NCBI GenBank assembly: GCA_947455605.1
Contig: CANGOX010000008.1
Coordinates: forward strand, 112 to 64,111
Reading direction: 5' to 3'
Length of the DNA: 64,000 nt
Origin: Chitinophagaceae bacterium
Lineage (GTDB): Bacteria; Bacteroidota; Bacteroidia; Chitinophagales; Chitinophagaceae
The number at the start of each line of letters is the position of its first letter. Position 1 is the first letter of the stretch. This document shows, piece after piece, positions 46,362 through 57,700 of the stretch. The position numbers were made by a program, and so were the translations under genes. The notes beneath the pieces were generated by a model. That model made no database searches, had not been told where the DNA came from, and saw only the letters and a program-made list of their open reading frames with translations.

Positions 46362-47329
46362 TACCTGATCTTATCTGCCAGCAAAGCCAACAAAACGATC
46401 GGCAGGTAAATATAACTGCTGAACATTACCCTTCTTGCTGCTTTCACATCCATCTCTCTGTATAATCGTATACTCTGCACTACCATAAACAGGTTACTCG
46501 CTACCAGGATCCACATACTCACCTGTCCGGCCATTCCAAAATAATAAGGCAGTATACCCACCGGTATCATTAATACCGAATACATGATGCCTTGTATAGC
46601 GGTAAATCTTGTTGGCCCCTGATCTGCGGGCAACAATTTAAAACCGGCTTTGCTGTAATCGCCATGCGATACCCAGGCAATTGCCCAGAAATGCGGAAAC
46701 TGCCAAAGAAACTGTATTGCAAACAAGATCCATCCACCTGAGTTTGAAAACTCCTTTCCATCTACTACGATCGTTCCTATGGGATTGATCATATTCGTTG
46801 CTGCCACCCAGCCTATCAAGCAAGGCAATGCTCCGGGAAAAGCACCGATCAGCACTGCTATTGAGTTGATCTTTTTTAAGGGCGTATAAATGAACGCATA
46901 TAAAAAAAGGCTGAACGCCGATAACAATGCCGCATCCCAGTTAAAACTATTATCATCTGCTTTAAAGAACCAGCCCATCATCCACACCCCCAGTAAACCA
47001 CTAATGGCAGCAAATGTGTAGGCTTCACCTGCACTCATTCTTCCATCAGCTACGGGCCTGCCCTTGGTGCGTTTCATTACTGCATCCGTATCTTTTTCTA
47101 CTGCCTGGTTAATTGCATTGGCACTTCCTGTTACCAGCATGCCGGCAATGAAAAGCAGTAAGATCATCAGCCAGTTGTACCCAACCACATTGGGTGCCAG
47201 CAAATAACAGATCACACAGGAGAACACAACGGTAAAGCTCAAAGTGAACTTGATCAATTGAAAATAGTCCTTCACTTTGGAAGCTATCGTAAACGTGGTG
47301 GAACCTTGTGTGTTGTTCTCGCTTGTCAT
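46361..47329 (-). CDS. cyoE: Protoheme IX farnesyltransferase (heme O synthase)
   Basis: UbiA-family motif NQAVEKDTDAVMKRTKGRP and 8-9 TM helices. Confidence 0.9.
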   Translation of the reverse strand: MTSENNTQGSTTFTIASKVKDYFQLIKFTLSFTVVFSCVICYLLAPNVVGYNWLMILLLFIAGMLVTGSANAINQAVEKDTDAVMKRTKGRPVADGRMSAGEAYTFAAISGLLGVWMMGWFFKADDNSFNWDAALLSAFSLFLYAFIYTPLKKINSIAVLIGAFPGALPCLIGWVAATNMINPIGTIVVDGKEFSNSGGWILFAIQFLWQFPHFWAIAWVSHGDYSKAGFKLLPADQGPTRFTAIQGIMYSVLMIPVGILPYYFGMAGQVSMWILVASNLFMVVQSIRLYREMDVKAARRVMFSSYIYLPIVLLALLADKIR

Positions 47330-47393
47330 TTTCTAGTTCCGCTTAAAAACACAGATTTATTTATCTGTATTTTCTTTCTTTTAATCTGCGATG

Positions 47394-47426
47394 TAAAAAC
47401 AATGCTCCCGAAGTATCGGGAGCATT
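47394..47426 (-). terminator. Hairpin plus T-run after coxI (terminator or attenuator within the cluster)
   Basis: 11-bp perfect stem aatgctcccga/tcgggagcatt, a 4-nt loop, then gttttt on the minus strand. Confidence 0.5.
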
Positions 47427-47476
47427 GAATAATCTATTGATAACCGGGTAATATTTACTCGTTACCCGTAACTATT

Positions 47477-49291
47477 CTAGTGATGACTCTCGTCTGCTCC
47501 AACCGGTGTGGTTTGAGGAATGAAATCATGTCCATCCTTACCATAATCATATGCCCAACGGTGTACTTCAGGGATCTCACCAGGCCAGTTTCCGTGACCG
47601 GGACGGATCGGTGTTGTCCACTCCAAAGTATTGGCACCCCAAGGGTTTAAGGTTGTCAGTTTTCTTCCTTTGAAAATAGAATAGAAGAAATTGAACAGGA
47701 ACAATAACTGTACAGCAAATACGATCATGGCAACAGTACTGATAAAGCGGTTCAGCTCAACAAACTGTTTGAAGCTTTCCCAAATACTGTAATCGTAGTA
47801 TCTGCGTGGCATACCGGCCAGACCTTCATAGTGCATAGGCCAGAAGATCATGTACGCACCTGCGATGGTTACCCAGAAGTGGATATACCCTAAGGTGTTG
47901 TTCAGATACTTGCCATACATTTTAGGGAACCAGTGGTAGATACCTGCGAACATACCGAACATAGAAGCCACACCCATTACAATGTGGAAGTGGGCAATTA
48001 CGAAATAAGTATCGTGCAGGTGAATATCCAATGCTGAGTTTCCTAACCAGATACCGGTTAATCCACCCGAGATAAATAAACTTACAAAACCGATCGCGAA
48101 CATCATACCCGGAGTGAAACGGATATTTCCTCTCCATAAAGTGGTTAACCAGTTAAACACTTTAATAGCTGATGGAACGGCGATCAACAAGGTGAGCAAT
48201 ACGAAGATAGATCCGAGGAAAGGATTCAATCCCGTTACAAACATGTGGTGCGCCCATACCAGGAAGGCTAAGATAGCGATCGCGAATAAAGAACCGATCA
48301 TGGCCATATAACCGAAGATAGGTTTGCGGGAATTCACAGATAAGATCTCTGATACCATGCCCATGGCAGGTAACAAAATGATATATACTTCAGGGTGGCC
48401 TAAGAACCAGAATAAGTGTTGATACAGAATTGCGCTACCGCCTTCATTAGGCAATGCACCTACGCCGTTCACAAATATGTCTGATAAATAGAAGCTGGTT
48501 CCAAAGTTTCTGTCGAAGATCAATAAGATAAAGCCTGAGAACAATACCGGGAAAGACAATACACCCAATACGGCTGTAAAGAACAATGCCCAGATAGTTA
48601 ACGGCAAACGTGTCATGCTCATACCTTTGGTACGCATGTTCAGGATGGTAGCGATATAGTTCAAACCACCTAACAAAGAAGACACAACAAATAAGGCCAT
48701 AGAAACGATCCAGAGATCCATACCGGTTTTAGAACCCGGAGAGGCATCACCTAAAGCACTTAAAGGCGGATAGGCAGTCCAACCACCACTGAAGGGGCCG
48801 GTTTCCACAAACATGGAAGATAACATGACTACACCGGCTGCAAAGAAGAACCAGTAACTAAGCATATTCAGGAAAGGAGACGCCATATCGCGTGCACCGA
48901 TCTGCAATGGAATTAAGAAGTTGGCAAAAGTACCGCTAAGGCCCGCTGTTAATACAAAGAATACCAATACGGTACCGTGTGTGGTAACCAGTGCATAGTA
49001 TGCTTCCGGTGTAATGTGACCACCTTTGGCCCATTTACCCAACAGACTTTCCAGCCATGGGAAAGTGGAATCGGGATATCCTAACTGTAAACGGAAAAAC
49101 ACGCTCATCAAGCCACCCAATACAGCCCAGAACATACCTGTGATCAGGAACTGTTTAGCGATCATTTTGTGATCCTGGCTAAACACGTATTTGGTGATGA
49201 ATGTTTCATGATGGTGGTGTTCATGATGATCACCGTGTCCTTCATGCGTTGCCGCTCCTGAGTGTGCGTGCAAAACAGCTTCGTTACTCAT
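47477..49291 (-). CDS. ctaD: Cytochrome c oxidase subunit I
   Basis: FWFLGHPEVYIILLP and WAHHMF. 12+ TM helices and a His-rich N-terminus. Confidence 0.95.
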   Translation of the reverse strand: MSNEAVLHAHSGAATHEGHGDHHEHHHHETFITKYVFSQDHKMIAKQFLITGMFWAVLGGLMSVFFRLQLGYPDSTFPWLESLLGKWAKGGHITPEAYYALVTTHGTVLVFFVLTAGLSGTFANFLIPLQIGARDMASPFLNMLSYWFFFAAGVVMLSSMFVETGPFSGGWTAYPPLSALGDASPGSKTGMDLWIVSMALFVVSSLLGGLNYIATILNMRTKGMSMTRLPLTIWALFFTAVLGVLSFPVLFSGFILLIFDRNFGTSFYLSDIFVNGVGALPNEGGSAILYQHLFWFLGHPEVYIILLPAMGMVSEILSVNSRKPIFGYMAMIGSLFAIAILAFLVWAHHMFVTGLNPFLGSIFVLLTLLIAVPSAIKVFNWLTTLWRGNIRFTPGMMFAIGFVSLFISGGLTGIWLGNSALDIHLHDTYFVIAHFHIVMGVASMFGMFAGIYHWFPKMYGKYLNNTLGYIHFWVTIAGAYMIFWPMHYEGLAGMPRRYYDYSIWESFKQFVELNRFISTVAMIVFAVQLLFLFNFFYSIFKGRKLTTLNPWGANTLEWTTPIRPGHGNWPGEIPEVHRWAYDYGKDGHDFIPQTTPVGADESHH

Positions 49292-49355
49292 ACTCTGTTT
49301 CTTTAATTAGTTCTTTTCAACGTATCATCTTCCGAAATAGCCGGAAGAACATTAT

Positions 49356-50429
49356 TTACAATTTTGCTACTGTTTTTGTTGCTACGGCATCTACTGCTTT
49401 TACCGTTGTTTTGGTGGTGTCTGCTGCTTTTGCATTGGAAGGATCCTTATCAGGGAAAACTACCAGATATTGTGGTTTTTGTTTCGCCATCCACATATCG
49501 TACTCTTCCTGTTCTACTACTTCAATAATTCCTTTCATTGAATAGTGACCGTTACCACACATCTGGTCGCAGCTGATCTCGTACACGAAATTGGGGTTGT
49601 TGGTCAGCTCCTTCATTTCCTTGGTAGTATACTTAGGTGTAAACCACATGGTAGTTGGAATACCCGGAACAGCATCCATCTTTAAACGGAAATGAGAAAG
49701 ACCCACATCATGTATCACATCTCTTGAACCGATGATCAGTTTTACGGGCTTGCCTTTTATGAGGTAAACGGTTTGTTCGGTAACCACATCATCATGTCCT
49801 AACTGATCGTCCCATAACATACCTAATGTATTGGTAGCAGGATCAATGTTCTTGTAATATTTTTTACCAAAAGCACCGTCTTTACCCGGATATCGGAAGA
49901 TCCAGCCAAACTGTTTTCCGGTGATTTCTACAACCATCGCATCTTTGGGAGGTTCGCCTGTGAAGAGGAACCAGTTACGCAGACCTACAATTACGAGTAC
50001 CGTTAATACGATAGCCGGAACAATGGTCCATAAGGCTTCCAGTTTATTGCTGTGTGCGAAATAGAAAACTTTGCGGTTCTCTTTTTCCTGATATTTATAT
50101 GCAAACCAGAACAGGATGGCCTGGGTAGCTAAAAACACAGATCCGGTTACGGCAATGGTGATCCATAACATGGAATCCACGCGTGCACCTTCCACACTTG
50201 CCGAATCAACGGCCAGTAATGTTTTTGGAAAGTAGAGTTTGTTGCAATACCAAACACCGATCATTCCGAGTACCAGAAAGGCAACCATCAGAAAACCGTT
50301 CACTTTGTTATTCTGTCTGCGGCTTACATCTTCTCCTTTCAGAACAGATACATATTCACTGGCTTTAGCGATCTGGAAGATCACCAAGAAGATCAGCACA
50401 ACTACTGCTATGGTTAAAAACATTGTCAT
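49356..50429 (-). CDS. coxB: Cytochrome c oxidase subunit II (CuA), without a fused cytochrome c domain
   Basis: CuA ligands VIHDVGLSHF ... CDQMCGNGHYSM. There is no CxxCH motif anywhere in the protein. Confidence 0.9.
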   Translation of the reverse strand: MTMFLTIAVVVLIFLVIFQIAKASEYVSVLKGEDVSRRQNNKVNGFLMVAFLVLGMIGVWYCNKLYFPKTLLAVDSASVEGARVDSMLWITIAVTGSVFLATQAILFWFAYKYQEKENRKVFYFAHSNKLEALWTIVPAIVLTVLVIVGLRNWFLFTGEPPKDAMVVEITGKQFGWIFRYPGKDGAFGKKYYKNIDPATNTLGMLWDDQLGHDDVVTEQTVYLIKGKPVKLIIGSRDVIHDVGLSHFRLKMDAVPGIPTTMWFTPKYTTKEMKELTNNPNFVYEISCDQMCGNGHYSMKGIIEVVEQEEYDMWMAKQKPQYLVVFPDKDPSNAKAADTTKTTVKAVDAVATKTVAKL

Positions 50430-50476
50430 AACGCTATCAATATTATCTTATACTAACAATTATTCTTCAATAAAGA

Positions 50477-51706
50477 TTACACCTGGTGTATAATACTTTC
50501 TTTCAGGAACGGATGATGTTTAACGATCAGCGGTTTGCTGGCCAGTGAACGTCCTACAAACAGGATCATCAGACCCACAAACAGACTGAGGATTCCGAAA
50601 TCGAGCCAGCCAAGGGTTACATGATCTTTAGACAGGCTACCCATTACCATCTGGTAGAAATCGATCCAGTGTCCGAAAAGGATCAGCACTGCCATGAAAG
50701 TTACCATTGTATAATTTCTTTTGGCTGAGCGTTTCATCAGGATCAGCAAAGGACAGATAAAGTTGATGATCAGGTTCAGGAAGAAGATGCCTTTGTAAGG
50801 ACCCTGTACCCTGTGTTTGAAATAAACGGTTTCTTCCGGAATGTTCGCATACCAGATCAACATGAACTGGGAGAACCATAAATAGGTCCAGAAGATAGAG
50901 AAGGCAAACATGAATTTACCGATATCCTGTAAGTGTTCCTGGTTGGTATATTCAAGATATCCTTTGTTCTTAAGGTAGATGACCCATAAAGCGATCAATG
51001 ACATACCGGATACGAATGAGCTTGCAAATGTATACCAGCTGTACATGGTAGAATACCAATGTGCATCAATACTCATCATCCATAACCATGGAATGGTAGA
51101 ACCTACGGTTAAACCAAACCAAACGGTGAATAAAGCAGCGCGTACCGTATTACGTAAAATAAATCTTGCACCTGTTTCATGATCCATCGCTTCTTCATCC
51201 GCTTCTTTGCTGATCTGGCGCATTCTCCATCCCAACAGACTCCAGAGGCCGATAGCCAGGGTAGTCCAGATGATAAAGAATTTCGCATTTAAGAATCCTG
51301 ATTTACCAGAGAGGATCGGGTCTTTTGCAACCGCTTCTGTATCGAGCCAATGGTAGATAAAATGTTTATCGCTAACCACTACATAGATCAATACAACAAA
51401 GGTGATAGAACCAAAAATAGGCACCATCGTAGAAATGGCTTCGGGGATACGGCGGAACGACTGCTGCCAGCCACCCATGGCCAATGTGGTAACACAAATA
51501 AAGAACATACTGGCATTACATACCAAGGTCCAGAAGATCGTATTGTACATGAGTGTTCCCCAGAAATGTGCCTGCTCATGCTCATCGGAACTGAAACCTT
51601 TGGTAAAAAGGCCAATTGCAAATGCGGCCAAACCCACGCCGATCAAGGCCAGTGACCAGGTCTTCATCTTTCCGGGAATCTCAAATTGCTCTCTGATAGA
51701 TGCCAT
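50477..51706 (-). CDS. actF: Alternative complex III subunit ActF (NrfD-like membrane subunit)
   Basis: About 10 TM helices. Paralogous in pattern to ActC, and in the canonical ACIII gene-order position. Confidence 0.8.
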   Translation of the reverse strand: MASIREQFEIPGKMKTWSLALIGVGLAAFAIGLFTKGFSSDEHEQAHFWGTLMYNTIFWTLVCNASMFFICVTTLAMGGWQQSFRRIPEAISTMVPIFGSITFVVLIYVVVSDKHFIYHWLDTEAVAKDPILSGKSGFLNAKFFIIWTTLAIGLWSLLGWRMRQISKEADEEAMDHETGARFILRNTVRAALFTVWFGLTVGSTIPWLWMMSIDAHWYSTMYSWYTFASSFVSGMSLIALWVIYLKNKGYLEYTNQEHLQDIGKFMFAFSIFWTYLWFSQFMLIWYANIPEETVYFKHRVQGPYKGIFFLNLIINFICPLLILMKRSAKRNYTMVTFMAVLILFGHWIDFYQMVMGSLSKDHVTLGWLDFGILSLFVGLMILFVGRSLASKPLIVKHHPFLKESIIHQV

Positions 51707-51776
51707 TGTTAATCTCTTTTATATCAGTTATTACTATCTCCCTCTCTACCAGCCGGCAGAGAAAAATTAAATTTAT

Positions 51777-52409
51777 TTACTTAGCTGCAGGTGCTGCCGG
51801 AGCAGGTGCTGCAGATGCTTTTGCTTTTTGTTGCTGGTTCTTGATGTAACGGATCACCATCCAACGCTGTTTGCGGCTCAGTTGTGATGCATAAGAGCCC
51901 ATCAGGTTCTTACCATACGCTACTGAGTAGAACATTTGTCCTTCAGGCATTACAGATACCAGCGGATCAGCAATCAGGTTCTTGGGTGCTACAGGGTAAG
52001 GACCGGTACCGTCTTTGTAAAGGGGGCCATTACCATTCAGTTTAGCGCCATGACAGATACCGCAGTTGATGAGATATAAACGCTCAGCTTCTGCTTCCTC
52101 TTTTGTTGACAAAGAATCGATCGGGCTTTTTACCTGCCTGGAAGCAAAATAGTTAGCAGTATCACCCGCTTTGTCTTTTGCGTAAGGGAAAGGCATTTCC
52201 TCTTCACGTGAAATGGTTCCTGCAACAGGCATATTGGTATAATTGATACCCGCCTCTTTCAGGTTGCTGTGGTCGGCATATGTTTCGTAAGCGCGGCTGT
52301 AAGCCATATCCGGCATGTAAACACTACCCGGCTTGCGTTTTACATCGCTGCAGCTTACGATCACTGCTGCGGCAGACAAAACAGTTATGATTGCTAATTT
52401 ATTCATCAT
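51777..52409 (-). CDS. actE: Alternative complex III subunit ActE (monoheme cytochrome c lipoprotein)
   Basis: Lipobox VSCSD and a single CGICH heme motif. Ala/Pro-rich tail. Confidence 0.85.
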   Translation of the reverse strand: MMNKLAIITVLSAAAVIVSCSDVKRKPGSVYMPDMAYSRAYETYADHSNLKEAGINYTNMPVAGTISREEEMPFPYAKDKAGDTANYFASRQVKSPIDSLSTKEEAEAERLYLINCGICHGAKLNGNGPLYKDGTGPYPVAPKNLIADPLVSVMPEGQMFYSVAYGKNLMGSYASQLSRKQRWMVIRYIKNQQQKAKASAAPAPAAPAAK

Positions 52410-52428
52410 GAGTCTATTCTAATAATAA

Positions 52429-53019
52429 TTAAGCAGCTACAGTTTGCTTGTTTTCAAAAGGTAATTCATCCTGGTCGTACCGTCCTAACCACCAGCCTTC
52501 TTCCGCTACCTGAATATCGGTTTCAACAGCGCCATTGCTGGCCAGGAATGATTTCAGATCTTCTGCATTGGTTTTTTCGGTACACTCAATCACCATTACA
52601 AACAGATCATCTGTGGCACGTGCATGGAAATGGTGCTTTTTTACAAAAGGCGCCATCTGGCAGAGATAACAGAAGGTCAACACCATACCTACCGCAGCAA
52701 ACAATACCGTTAACTCGAAAGTGATGGGTATCCAGGCCGGTAAGGCAAAGTGTGGCTTACCGCCAAAGTTCAACGGCCAGTCTTTTGCCAATATCCAGCT
52801 GATACAGCCTAATGCAGTAGAGGTTCCGGTTATACCGTAAATAAAGCCGGCAGTATGCAGACTGGTCTCTCTCAGACCCAGTGCATGGTCCAGTCCGTGT
52901 ACCGCAAACGGCGTATACACATCATGGATCTTGTAACCTGCTTTGCGCACTTTTGATACTGCAGGAAACAACACTTCCTCATCATCAAAACAGCCAACTA
53001 CGAATTTCTTTTTTGCCAT
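52429..53019 (-). CDS. actD: Alternative complex III subunit ActD (DUF3341)
   Basis: A soluble N-domain followed by 2 TM helices. Position between actC and actE. Confidence 0.8.
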   Translation of the reverse strand: MAKKKFVVGCFDDEEVLFPAVSKVRKAGYKIHDVYTPFAVHGLDHALGLRETSLHTAGFIYGITGTSTALGCISWILAKDWPLNFGGKPHFALPAWIPITFELTVLFAAVGMVLTFCYLCQMAPFVKKHHFHARATDDLFVMVIECTEKTNAEDLKSFLASNGAVETDIQVAEEGWWLGRYDQDELPFENKQTVAA

Positions 53020-53067
53020 ACAAAACTTCCCTTTCAGGAATTTATTGTTAAAAAATGATCTTCCTTT

Positions 53068-54543
53068 TTATGAATGAGACGCCCCATCGTTCTCTACCGT
53101 AGTGTGTCCATGACCACTATGTGCAAATACTTCGGGAGCAACATGCTCCAGATGTCCCATCTTATCTTTATAACTCTCTCCTGTTGTTTTCAATACATAC
53201 TTGATCTCTGCAATAGCAATTACCGGGAAATATTTGGCAAACAGGAAGAAGCAGGTAAAGAACAATCCGAAGGTACCGGCATAGAAACCGATCTCCCAGA
53301 TGGTTGGGCTGTAGTAAACAGACCAGCTTGATGGCAGATAATCGCGGTACAATGAAGTAACGATGATCACAAAGCGCTCAAACCACATACCGATGTTCAC
53401 GATGATACTCATGAAGAAGGTGACAAATAAATTCCTTCTCATTTTACGGAACCAGAAGATCTGCGGGCTTAATACGTTACAAGCCATCATACCCCAGTAG
53501 CTCCATCCATAAGGACTGAACAGGTAAGCACGGCTGTACCAGAATGTGTAACCTTCAAATTTGTTCTGGCTATACCAACCCATGAACAGTTCTGTTAAGT
53601 AGGCGATACCTACGATAGAACCGGTTAATACAATTACTTTATTCATCGCCTCAATATGACCGAGGGTGATGTAGTCTTCCATTTCAAATACTTTGCGGAT
53701 GATCACCATCAGGGTCTGCACCATGGCAAAACCAGAGAAGATCGCACCGGCAACGAAGTAAGGAGGGAAGATGGTAGTATGCCAACCCGGAATTACGGAG
53801 GTGGCGAAGTCAAAGGATACAATTGTGTGTACAGACAATACCAGTGGTGTACTTAAACCGGCCAGAACCAGTGAAAGACTCTCATGACGCTGCCAGTGTT
53901 TGGTAGAACCGTTCCATCCGAAAGAAGCTACACCGTATAAACGCTTACGCAGTTTGGTGAAAGCACGGTCACGAACAGTTGCCAGATCCGGTAACAGACC
54001 ACTATACCAGAATAAAAGTGATACAGTAAAATAAGTAGAGATCGCAAATACGTCCCACAACAACGGTGAGTTAAAGTTCACCCATAATGGTCCACGAGTA
54101 TTAGGATAAGGTAATACAAAGAAAGCCATCCACACACGGCCCATGTGCCAGATCGGGAACTGGCCCGCACACATTACCGCGAAGATCGTCATCGCTTCAG
54201 CCGCACGGTTCACACCTGTTCTCCATCCCTGGCGGAACAGTAACAGGATCGCAGAGATCAGCGTTCCTGCGTGACCGATACCTACCCACCATACGAAGTT
54301 GGTAATATCCCAACCCCAACCAACGGTCTTATTCAGGTTCCACTGGCCGATACCATAGGTAACATCCCTGTAAATAGAGTACACACCAAATAACAATACG
54401 GCCACCGCGATGTAAAACCCTACATACCATAAACGGCTGGGTTTTGCTTCAATCGGGCGAACGATATCTTCTGTTACCTGGTGATAGGTTTTGTTCCCAT
54501 TCACCAATGGTTCCCTAAGCTGTGATTCGTACTTTAAATGCAT
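53068..54543 (-). CDS. actC: Alternative complex III subunit ActC (NrfD/PsrC-like quinol-binding subunit)
   Basis: About 10 TM helices of the polysulfide-reductase NrfD pattern. His-rich C-terminus. Confidence 0.85.
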   Translation of the reverse strand: MHLKYESQLREPLVNGNKTYHQVTEDIVRPIEAKPSRLWYVGFYIAVAVLLFGVYSIYRDVTYGIGQWNLNKTVGWGWDITNFVWWVGIGHAGTLISAILLLFRQGWRTGVNRAAEAMTIFAVMCAGQFPIWHMGRVWMAFFVLPYPNTRGPLWVNFNSPLLWDVFAISTYFTVSLLFWYSGLLPDLATVRDRAFTKLRKRLYGVASFGWNGSTKHWQRHESLSLVLAGLSTPLVLSVHTIVSFDFATSVIPGWHTTIFPPYFVAGAIFSGFAMVQTLMVIIRKVFEMEDYITLGHIEAMNKVIVLTGSIVGIAYLTELFMGWYSQNKFEGYTFWYSRAYLFSPYGWSYWGMMACNVLSPQIFWFRKMRRNLFVTFFMSIIVNIGMWFERFVIIVTSLYRDYLPSSWSVYYSPTIWEIGFYAGTFGLFFTCFFLFAKYFPVIAIAEIKYVLKTTGESYKDKMGHLEHVAPEVFAHSGHGHTTVENDGASHS

Positions 54544-54680
54544 CTGGTCTTGTTTAGTAGTCCATCCCGCTTGTGGCGGAATAGTATTTTTTATTGAATC
54601 AACTTTTGTTCTCTATCAACTTCGTTGTGCCTGTTCCGACTTTAGCGGGATCGTACACTTCAACTTTCTGTTCACCTTTA

Positions 54681-54765
54681 TTGCGAGGAGGAACAACGAA
54701 GCAATCTCATCAATGCCTGCTTATCCTTATTCGGAACACAGGCTGCTTCGTTCCTCGCAGTGACG
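54681..54765. repeat. Palindrome of the GAGGAACGAAGC family inside the act operon (actB-actC gap)
   Basis: ttgcgaggaggaacaacgaagca pairs with ctgcttcgttcctcgcagtgacg. The right arm is near-identical to 18264-18285. Confidence 0.8.
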
Positions 54766-54768
54766 TTC

Positions 54769-57700
54769 TTATGCGTGCTCTTTCTTTTCTTCTTTTTTCT
54801 CAGCACCTTTCTTCTCCTTGCCGGCCTCATGTGCTTCATCTGCGTTACGCACTTTAGCCATGTAAGTAACATTCGGTAACACGTGTAACTGCTCTAACAC
54901 ATAGAACTGGCGGTTAGGGTTTTCTTTGCGTGTTTTGCTGATACTACTTTGTTTATCGTTGGCATTACCAAAATTGATGGCGTTGGTAGGACAAGCCTGC
55001 TGGCAAGCTACTTTCAGATCGCTGTCAACCATGGGTCTGCTTTCTTTCTTGGCTTTCAGTTTGGCTTCCTGTAAACGCTGTACGCAGAAAGAACATTTTT
55101 CGATCACACCACGTGAACGCACGGTTACATCCGGGTTCAACACCATGCGTGTGAGGTCGTCGTTCATATCCAGTACCACATCGTTCACAATACCTTCCTG
55201 GTTATTAGGGAAGCTGTCGGCTCCTGTGTAATCGGCCCAGTTAAAGCGGCGTACTTTATAAGGACAGTTGTTGGCACAATACCTTGTACCGATACAACGG
55301 TTATAAGTCATCTGGTTCAACCCTTCAGAACTGTGGTTGGTAGCAGCAACCGGACAAACGTTCTCACAAGGAGCGTTATCACAATGCTGACACATCAAAG
55401 GCTGGAATACCACGTTTGGATTATCCATATCACCGCTGAAATAACGGTCGATACGTAACCAATGCATTTCATGGCCACGGAGTACTTCCGGTTTACCTAC
55501 TACTGAAACGTTGTTCTCTGCATTACACGCCACAACACAGGCAGCACAACCGGTACAGGTGTTCAGATCCACACTCATGCCCCATTTGATACCCGGTCTG
55601 TCGTAAACAGGATAGATCGTACCCTGACTTTCGAATTTCTCCAATCCACCGTAAGGCTTAAGTTCTGCTTCGCGCTCATCACGGATCTCGGTTGGATTTT
55701 CTTTATAGGCAGCCAGTGTTAATTCTTTCATTACCTCGGTACGATTACCTTGCTCGGTATCGTAACGGCTATGGGTTTGTGTTAAGGCAACCGGATATTT
55801 TTCGCCGGTTGAAACGATGGTAACATCTGTATTCACAAAACTTACAGAAGCACCACTCAAGGTTGCAAAAGGAAATGCATTCTTACCGGTTCCTACCACA
55901 GATTTACCCAGTTTCTCGCTACGGCCATAACCAACAGCGATCGCAATGGTATCAGGGTGCGTACCCGGAATGATCAGGGCTGGTAATTCAACACTCTTAC
56001 CGTTAACGGTAACTTTTACTACTTTCTTCGGTGGATTTACTTCGTAAGAATCTGCCTGGCCACCATTGTTCAGATCAATGTCCAACAAGGTCTTTGCCAA
56101 AGCAGGGGAAACAATTACGTAGTTATCCCAGGTAGCACGTGTAACCGGATCTGGTAATTCCTGCAACCATGGGTTAGCAGCACCTTGTCCGGCACCGATG
56201 CCTATTTTTTCGTAGAGAACCAATTCAATTTTACCGCCTTTCTTTCCTGAACCTAATGCAGTAACCGCATTGGCCACAGCGCTGCTGTTGAAAGAAGCAC
56301 TTGCTAAAGTACCGGCAGAAGGATTTAATACACCATCCTGCAAAGCCTTGTTCCATCCGGATTCTCCACCCAGTTTCGCGCTCCAGAAAGTTTTCAGGAA
56401 AGCGAGATAGTCGGAAGGATTACCTGCCCATTTGAGGAGACTGTCCTGCCACTGGCGGGTTTTGAATAAAGGATAGATCGTTGGCTGTAAGAAAGAGTAA
56501 TGGCCTGTTGTTGCTTCTGCATCACCCCAGCTTTCGAGGTAGTTATGATCGGGGATCACAAATTTGCAGAGCTCAGCAGTTTCATCCAGTTTGCTATTGA
56601 AAGAAACGGTTGTTTTTACTTTTTTCAATGCGGCTTTGAACTTATCAGCATCGAACCAGCTGTATGCAGGATTAGCTCCGTGGATGAATAACGAACCAAC
56701 AGAACCTGCGTTCATATCTTCTACCAGTTTAGCGAAATCTGCATCCACACCCTGGCGGATATTGGAAGTAGCAGACCAGTCGATGGTTTTACCACCTGCA
56801 CCGATCGCTTCGTTGATCGCATTTACTGCAATCTGAACATTTACATCATTGCTGCCGGCCACTACTAAAGCAGCGCCTTTGTTAGCAGCTAACATTTTAG
56901 CCGCTTTTTCAATACCGGCTTTCAGTTTGGCATCGCTGATACCTGCAGCACCCTGACCGTTAACGGCACTTAATAAAGCAGCTACCACCGCACCTGTTTC
57001 AGATGGACGGTGTAAATATTTTTCATCCGCGTTAGAACCTGTTAAGCTGGCAACACTTTCAAAATGAATGTGCTTGCTCATTTCAGGATTCTTCTCGTCT
57101 AATTTTTTACCGGTTGCGTATTGTTTCGCAAATTCGATCGGGCTGAGCCAGGTACCTAAGAAATCGGCACCGATACTTACGATCGCTTTCGCATTTTCGA
57201 AATGATAAGAAGGGATGGCTTTTTTACCGTAAGTAGCTTCATTGGCCAATAAAATACCGCTATAAGAAATAGCATCATAGGTTACATGGCGGCTGCCCGG
57301 GTATTTTGCCAGGAACTGGCTGATAGCTTCTTTGGTAGAAGGGGAAGTGATGGTACTGGTTACAATCACAACCGGACCGCTCAAAGAAGAAGCCACTGCT
57401 TTATCGATTGCCTCAAACGTTACTTCTTTTCCTTCAATGGTTGGGAAACGTAAACGGGCAGTATCATATAGATCTAACACTGAAGCCTGAACACGGGCAG
57501 AAGTACCGCCTTTGGTGAGCGGGCTCAGGTCATTACCTTCAATTTTGATCGGACGTCCGTCGCGCACTTTCGCCAAAACGCTTACCACATCTCCATCCTG
57601 CACATAAGTAGTTGCATAATACTTAGAGATACCGGGAACTATATCTTCGGGTTTATTGGCAAATGGGATTGCCTTTTTTACAGGCATTTCGCAACTTGCC